From positions 8,155-72,154 of IMG/VR virus record IMGVR_UViG_3300019764_000005: 64,000 bases of DNA; one strand, written 5' to 3'. Positions 58,262 through 64,000 of this stretch are shown here, in pieces (the stretch's first letter is position 1; the number at the start of each line of letters is the position of its first letter). Under the pieces are notes generated by a model, which worked only from the letters and a program-made list of their open reading frames with translations, was not told the DNA's origin and searched no databases. The translations under genes were made by a program, and so were the position numbers. This stretch comes from a virus.

Positions 58262-61200
58262 CGACGTCTAATTCTATTGAATTTAATAATCTTCTTGACC
58301 CTGCTGAATATACAACTTTTATTCCAATAACTCTACCTTTAAGAACATCTCCATTTATGGATGACGCCTCTTCTAGTGCTAATAACATATCACCTTCTGA
58401 CAAATTTACAACACTATCAAGAGCAATAATTCCGTCAGAAATTTCTGTACATATACCCAAAGATACTACAGGGGCTCCATTTTTCAAAATAGTATCACCG
58501 ACATGGACCACTTTCTGATCTAGTAAATCAACTGATATTTCATTACTGTTGGTGTTTTCTGAAACTATACCAGCAAATTGATAATCTCTTCCAGATGATC
58601 CAGATGCTAATGGTACCTCTGAGAATAATAACCCCTCAACCTCTTCCATATCCTGACCGTCAATCTGTGAGGTCTGAGACTCGGTTATAACCTGAATACT
58701 AAATGGTATATCACCATTTAACCTTAACGCATTTATAGTTTTAACCACATCAAACGCATCATTAAAATATATTTCAACTGTAGTTTGATAATCTGAGCCG
58801 TAAAATCTGTTCCAATTTTCCGAATCCGCATCATGCTTGTAAAATTTCCTTGAAACACTATCAAAACTATATACATCCAACCCATCATTCACAACCTTAT
58901 CTGGTTTAAAAGACAATCTTGATTCCCAGCCATTTGATCTTTCTGCAAACAATAAATGATCTTCATTACCAATTACTATAGCATAATTATTGTATTTAGG
59001 CTCATAATACCCAAGTATTCTGTTGTTTTTATTTTCACTTAAAATGTCATGAAAGAAATTAAGCATCCCATACGCACTAACTTCCGTATGTCCATCCTCT
59101 CCCTTCCTTAACACGACTCCTCTTTCTGCATCTACATAGTATCGGTTATTGCCCCATTCCGAATAGGATTCAGGATGAGACATTCCATATTCGGAAGTAG
59201 ATCGGATTTGCTCACCCCATATATCCTCTGTTTGAGAAACAGATTTATCGCCAGTGGCTGTAGTAAGAACGTTTTTCTTATAAAGAATTCTACTAACCTT
59301 ATTGTCCTGATACACCTCAACATTAGTATCTTCTGAATTTATCAACTGAATCTGTCCATCTTTTTTCTCAAGATCCTTATACGGTATTAATGAAAGATTA
59401 AATGACGACAAACCATTAAAATTCGTATCATCTACAAATGGTTCAGATACAATTAAAGATGCGAATCTGTCTACCTCGCGAAAGTTGCTTGATACCGCAT
59501 TAGGTCTTCCTAGGTTACTAATATTGGTAGTTAATTCATATTTAAACATCTCGCGCGGTGGGGCTTGCCCCCAAACAATATCAAAATCATCAGTTAAATT
59601 AACTATCGCTGGACTCCCATGCGTCTGGTCCGTATCGCCAGAATGCAAACCGCTAGAATCTATAGTCCACACGCCTGGTATTTCTTGATATAATTTTTGA
59701 TCTTCTATATTTGCGTGAAAGATGATATAAAACAAACTACTTGTATATCTACTAGTATTGTTTACAACGTCCGTATTCGAGTAATTTTCAAGCTCCGTTG
59801 AATTCACAACAATGTATCTTCCTTTTGGAACTGGCGAAGCCGAATCGGTTGACTGAGAGTCAACTCTTGTTGTATTTGTACCGTCGCTTAACTCAACAGA
59901 AACTGACTGAGTTCCAGACTCTAAATCATCCACATACCTTAATATTGGAACAGTCAAATTCCCTTGTGATATTACGTAAGGGTCATCTCCTGAATCTGTA
60001 TTTATTTCAGAAAACAACTCCATTGTGTCACCTTGCCTTGGAACAACACCAGTGAATGAAGTTATTTCAAGATACAATTCATCGTTAACAACGTATGCAT
60101 TATCGAATCCATCAATAATATCATATTCAAGAAGCGTCGGCTTTCGAACAAGCTTGTATCTTGAAGCCCATTCAGGTGCTATATGACTAATACTTATCTG
60201 CATGTGTTTTACTGGATTGTCTTTATCACTAGAAGACGAAGGAATAGACACATCGACACCTTCAAGAACTGCACTGCTCCTTTGGAAATTATCGTAATAT
60301 ACGATCCCATATGTGTTTATGGAATTTGTTTTCAAACCTTTATTGGTTCCTGAAATTAAAGGACTTGATATTACAGAAGCAGTCATTCCTGCAGTTACGG
60401 GCGTACCGTTATCATAGGTTAATGATCTTCCGTCTGTGTAGTTTGCAATAATTAGAGAATTTTGAGTTATCTCTAACGATCTTGCTTTTAATGGTACATT
60501 GTCATATAATTTATCAACATCCTTTTCTGGGACAGCAATATAACTACCATCATTCCTAAATACGATAGTTTTTGTTTCATTATCACCAAGACCTTCTGAT
60601 TCTTTATTTATTGACTTTATTATAAATACCCTGTTAGTTACAGTTTTAACCAACACTTCTATATCAGTAACATGCTTATTCCCGGTATTATAATTAACAT
60701 TGATCTTATTTGCTATATTATCAATACTATTAAGGCTTTTCGTGGAAACTTCATTATTAACTGATGTTATGACAGGATAATCATCGCTATCTGCTGATAT
60801 TGATGTTTGATTTATAGCACTAAATGATTCTCCAAAGTTAACAGACTGGTGTAGCTCAGCATAACTACCGTCACCTCTTCCAATTGCAGTTATAAAACTA
60901 CCAGTTGTCGATACTGTAATATCTGTAAGATAAGTTGGAGTTGAGCTAGAAGACCTAGGAGAAAAAGTGGACCCTTCATTATTAGACACGTATATTCTAG
61001 CGTCACCATTATTGTTACCATCACCGCCAGTCACGAATGCTACCACAAGACCATTTGAAGAACAATCAATATTTGTTGGCATTCGATTCAAGTCTCTGTT
61101 AAAAAACACTTCATCCCAATCTGCTCCGTAATTTCTTGATCTAAAGATAGAAGTATAATTAGAAGCTGTCTTCCCATAACTCTCTACGGCTATAATGTAA

Positions 61201-62531
61201 ACAATTTTACCATCTGAAGAGCAGCATGTAGCGACAGCCTCTCTATTTCCTGTTTCAACAGTACTGATGTCCTTCAGATCAACTACGTCACTCCATGTGC
61301 CTTGATTCCCGAATGACTCTGACTTTGACACCGTTGCACTATGACACGCATAAACCACATTCCCACCAACAGACATACATATCCTATTGCCTATACTATT
61401 TGTTTCATCATCCCCAGATCCTATCGTATAAACCTCTTGAAGCGTAGATGATATGCTTGATGGATTTGAAACCTTATATAATATAAGATCTTTGTTTCCT
61501 CCAGGTTCAGTTTCTGACAGTATTACAGTATTGCCATCACCAGACATTCCAACACCAGACCATCTGCCATCAGCTAAAGTATCATTATCAAAAATTCTTA
61601 TAAACGTAGGTGAATTTATATTAGAATAATCCACTATATTAACATATCTCCTACTTATAGCAACCACTCTTGTGCCTGAATAATTAACGCTAATTCCTGC
61701 TGCATGGTCTGCTCCAGGACCAACTGACAATGTTCTTGCATCTAATGAAGAAAATCTATCTTCAGTGCTAGCTATTTTAAAGCTATTAGATAACGTATTC
61801 ATCATAAACCCTATACGTCCATCTATCGATGCTTTTTCGTCTGGTATGATAACTGGAGTTGTTGAATAAGGACTTATTGCTGATATTTCGCCATCCTCAT
61901 ATATATATCTGGACGCAAACTGGAACGGCTCCCCTTTCATAAAATTAGCATCCGTAACTGTATCATCTACAGCAACTATACTAAGCTCTTTTGGCGGAGC
62001 TTTGATTAATTTAATATCATTAGTTGTATTATAATACCCCTGAGAGTCAAGTAATTTGTTTATGTTAATTTTATAGGGCTCGTTATTTTTATTGTCGCAA
62101 AAAATAAGCAAACCTCCGAACACCTGCATTGATATTATCTGCGTATCCTTATCTAATTGAAGTAGTAAAAGATTAGCATCTTCGCCAACTTCATCTTCCT
62201 GTAAAAGAAATTGATGCTCACCTGTCGTTTTATCATATCTACCAAGCACTGTAGAATACTCAACTCCAGATAAATATGGCTTAGATAAACTTGTAGCAAT
62301 ATAATATAGGTGGTTCTCATGATTACAAAAACCAATTAAATTCTGATCTAGTGACAGCGCTGGTATATTCAGCTCTAAAGTACCTCTAATACTCTCAATA
62401 ACACCAACGTTACTGGCTGTAGATCCAATGGTTCTGCCATTAGCTAGATCTCTATATTCACCTTTTGGAATATATCTCTGATCTAGATCTTTATTCATTT
62501 TATTTTTGGAAAAATCTTGCCTTATTTTCAT
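58245..62531 (-). CDS. Tail stabilisation/muzzle protein (crAss-like) with inserted Asp-box propeller
   Basis: N-terminal F...KMNKDLD.RYIP.GEYRD..N, FASRY.Y.DGE.SA.SP, YGM.HPES; 1428 aa. Confidence 0.75.
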   Translation of the reverse strand: MKIRQDFSKNKMNKDLDQRYIPKGEYRDLANGRTIGSTASNVGVIESIRGTLELNIPALSLDQNLIGFCNHENHLYYIATSLSKPYLSGVEYSTVLGRYDKTTGEHQFLLQEDEVGEDANLLLLQLDKDTQIISMQVFGGLLIFCDNKNNEPYKININKLLDSQGYYNTTNDIKLIKAPPKELSIVAVDDTVTDANFMKGEPFQFASRYIYEDGEISAISPYSTTPVIIPDEKASIDGRIGFMMNTLSNSFKIASTEDRFSSLDARTLSVGPGADHAAGISVNYSGTRVVAISRRYVNIVDYSNINSPTFIRIFDNDTLADGRWSGVGMSGDGNTVILSETEPGGNKDLILYKVSNPSSISSTLQEVYTIGSGDDETNSIGNRICMSVGGNVVYACHSATVSKSESFGNQGTWSDVVDLKDISTVETGNREAVATCCSSDGKIVYIIAVESYGKTASNYTSIFRSRNYGADWDEVFFNRDLNRMPTNIDCSSNGLVVAFVTGGDGNNNGDARIYVSNNEGSTFSPRSSSSTPTYLTDITVSTTGSFITAIGRGDGSYAELHQSVNFGESFSAINQTSISADSDDYPVITSVNNEVSTKSLNSIDNIANKINVNYNTGNKHVTDIEVLVKTVTNRVFIIKSINKESEGLGDNETKTIVFRNDGSYIAVPEKDVDKLYDNVPLKARSLEITQNSLIIANYTDGRSLTYDNGTPVTAGMTASVISSPLISGTNKGLKTNSINTYGIVYYDNFQRSSAVLEGVDVSIPSSSSDKDNPVKHMQISISHIAPEWASRYKLVRKPTLLEYDIIDGFDNAYVVNDELYLEITSFTGVVPRQGDTMELFSEINTDSGDDPYVISQGNLTVPILRYVDDLESGTQSVSVELSDGTNTTRVDSQSTDSASPVPKGRYIVVNSTELENYSNTDVVNNTSRYTSSLFYIIFHANIEDQKLYQEIPGVWTIDSSGLHSGDTDQTHGSPAIVNLTDDFDIVWGQAPPREMFKYELTTNISNLGRPNAVSSNFREVDRFASLIVSEPFVDDTNFNGLSSFNLSLIPYKDLEKKDGQIQLINSEDTNVEVYQDNKVSRILYKKNVLTTATGDKSVSQTEDIWGEQIRSTSEYGMSHPESYSEWGNNRYYVDAERGVVLRKGEDGHTEVSAYGMLNFFHDILSENKNNRILGYYEPKYNNYAIVIGNEDHLLFAERSNGWESRLSFKPDKVVNDGLDVYSFDSVSRKFYKHDADSENWNRFYGSDYQTTVEIYFNDAFDVVKTINALRLNGDIPFSIQVITESQTSQIDGQDMEEVEGLLFSEVPLASGSSGRDYQFAGIVSENTNSNEISVDLLDQKVVHVGDTILKNGAPVVSLGICTEISDGIIALDSVVNLSEGDMLLALEEASSINGDVLKGRVIGIKVVYSAGSRRLLNSIELDVDESKQ

Positions 62532-62533
62532 AC

Positions 62534-64000
62534 CTACAGTGTTTTGTTAAAGCCGATATCTGCTCCAAGCTTCTGAATTATTTCATGAGGTTTAGTATTA
62601 AGTCTTCTCTTGGCTACCCTGAGGTAATTATAATATTCTTTCTTGGCTCTTTCTTTTTCGTATGCCGGAACATCCCTAAAATGCCTTATGAGTCTAAAGT
62701 AAATCCCCGCCTCCATAGCATCTTGGAAATACTTATGGATTCTAAGTCTTTCAGGATTTTTCTCGGCTAGAATTGGATCCGACATATACTCAAGAATAAC
62801 TGTTGTGAAGTTATCAGGAATACTGTCGAGCAAGAATTCGCCTGCATCATGGTCAAATCTATAAGACCCGGTGTAAGATTCCTGCCCACCTGTAATTCCA
62901 GGCAGTGATCTGGCGTAAGTGTCATATCCATACCCATATCCTTCGCCAGGGTAACCGTCATAAAATCGATACGACAATGTGGATGAATTTTCAGTCCTTC
63001 TTGATCCCTGAGTTTTAATCGGGTATCCTTGATCGTCAACCACAATATTTCCTGTGCTATCTTCTACATACTGGAATGATATGTTTAGTTTATTGTTATA
63101 AAACAATGGAAGCAATCTACCTTCGAAATTCACAACAGATAGGCGAATATAGTCAACGAAATCGACGGGTGGAATAAATTTATTAGCTTCTGTTATAACA
63201 CCTTCATAAACTCTCACATCCTGAAGTCCATTATAATTCAACTCCTGCATGAGTCTTTTACCATGCATTATAGCTTGAAATCTCGGGATACCATAGGCAA
63301 AAGATCTTTCGCTTATATTTCCAAGAACGACATTATCTATAATTTCCTTAAACAGCACAGATCTTGAATCCTCATCTGAAGAATCCTGGGTAACAACCAC
63401 ATCTGTGTATATGGTTTCATCCTCAGATAAAGATAAGTTTATTACACCTTTTAGCTCGACATACCTTTCGTTGACGAGAGTTGTCGCAGTCATTGATGTA
63501 GCAAAATTAGCATTGGATACATCCGTTGATACTCCCCAAATTATAGCAGGTAAATCCTCTTTAGATGCTATGTAGATGAGTTTATCTGTAGTATTTATAT
63601 TGAAAACGATTCCATATCCAAGATCATCGCCAACACTATACGGGGGATTTACTTCTGAGTAAGATAATTGTCTTACAGGTCTTGCTGCAATTAATGCCGA
63701 TTTGAGATTTACATTTACTACATTGCCAGAGGTAATAGATTTAGCTGAAGTTCCAATGGTTGTAATATCTTCTGTTGATGACCAATATTCCGGAGCTGAT
63801 AAAGGGAAGCTTGAAAAAAAAGATGAATTAAGAAGTAAATCATCCATCTGGTCAATTGAAGGCAAATACCAATCTACAATGCTTTGAAATCCTGTAGCTC
63901 TATAATCGATACATGCTCTAGCAGCATTACTACCAGCAGGTTCAAAAACATTTATCACGTCAGTGTTTCTCCTACCATCTGAATCACTATCAGCCTTGAA
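62534..64000 (-). CDS. Tail ring/adaptor protein with N-terminal DUF1566-like lectin region (5' end beyond window)
   Basis: Frame is open to position 64000; G.RNT, DWYLPSIDQM, YWSSTE, ARPVR, then ring-like QELNY, PVDFVDYIRLS, LEYMSD. Confidence 0.65.
   Translation of the reverse strand, partial: FKADSDSDGRRNTDVINVFEPAGSNAARACIDYRATGFQSIVDWYLPSIDQMDDLLLNSSFFSSFPLSAPEYWSSTEDITTIGTSAKSITSGNVVNVNLKSALIAARPVRQLSYSEVNPPYSVGDDLGYGIVFNINTTDKLIYIASKEDLPAIIWGVSTDVSNANFATSMTATTLVNERYVELKGVINLSLSEDETIYTDVVVTQDSSDEDSRSVLFKEIIDNVVLGNISERSFAYGIPRFQAIMHGKRLMQELNYNGLQDVRVYEGVITEANKFIPPVDFVDYIRLSVVNFEGRLLPLFYNNKLNISFQYVEDSTGNIVVDDQGYPIKTQGSRRTENSSTLSYRFYDGYPGEGYGYGYDTYARSLPGITGGQESYTGSYRFDHDAGEFLLDSIPDNFTTVILEYMSDPILAEKNPERLRIHKYFQDAMEAGIYFRLIRHFRDVPAYEKERAKKEYYNYLRVAKRRLNTKPHEIIQKLGADIGFNKTL

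Noticed and set aside
3851-62531. Stop-codon reassignment as in some crAss-like phages
   Set aside because: Long genes are intact in the standard code, TAG and TGA end genes normally, and no clear suppressor anticodon is present.
616-63887. Many short ORFs in the track overlapping larger genes (e.g. 5687-6094, 10781-11086, 23575-23964, 53465-53818)
   Set aside because: Antisense or alternate-frame shadows of well-supported genes with no recognisable motifs.
62534-64000. Diversity-generating retroelement
   Set aside because: A candidate target fold is present, but no template repeat or reverse transcriptase is visible in the window.

Overview
This 64 kb window is a segment of a Bacteroidota-infecting podovirus-type phage with crAss-like (Crassvirales-related) virion genes. 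These include an 804-aa portal, a large terminase, a tandem GroES-like protein, tail ring and muzzle proteins, three putative ejected proteins, long tail fibres, an M15 endolysin and a holin. It also carries groEL/groES, Hsp20, ruvA, a beta-clamp homologue, NinG, a Sak3-type annealase, a likely Acb2/Tad1-type sponge and a tRNA-like RNA with an enlarged anticodon loop. Bacteroidota TAnnTTTG promoter boxes support the host assignment. A ~1.8 kb non-coding region (33.5-35.3 kb) separates divergent transcription arms. The main discovery is five dispersed elements (1346-1772, 11931-13420, 44000-44807, 45819-46236, 47497-47853) with one shared grammar: an attC-like TAAC...GTTA hairpin module, then a GTTA...TAAC cassette with its own terminal inverted repeats, then one of two constant end sequences. 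In three elements a single ORF starts inside the first hairpin loop, crosses the junction with GTT read in frame as Val, and stops at the TAA of the closing TAAC. This suggests an integron-like system that assembles chimeric proteins from exchangeable modules; no recombinase is visible in the window. All protein-family calls come from motif recognition by eye, not database searches.
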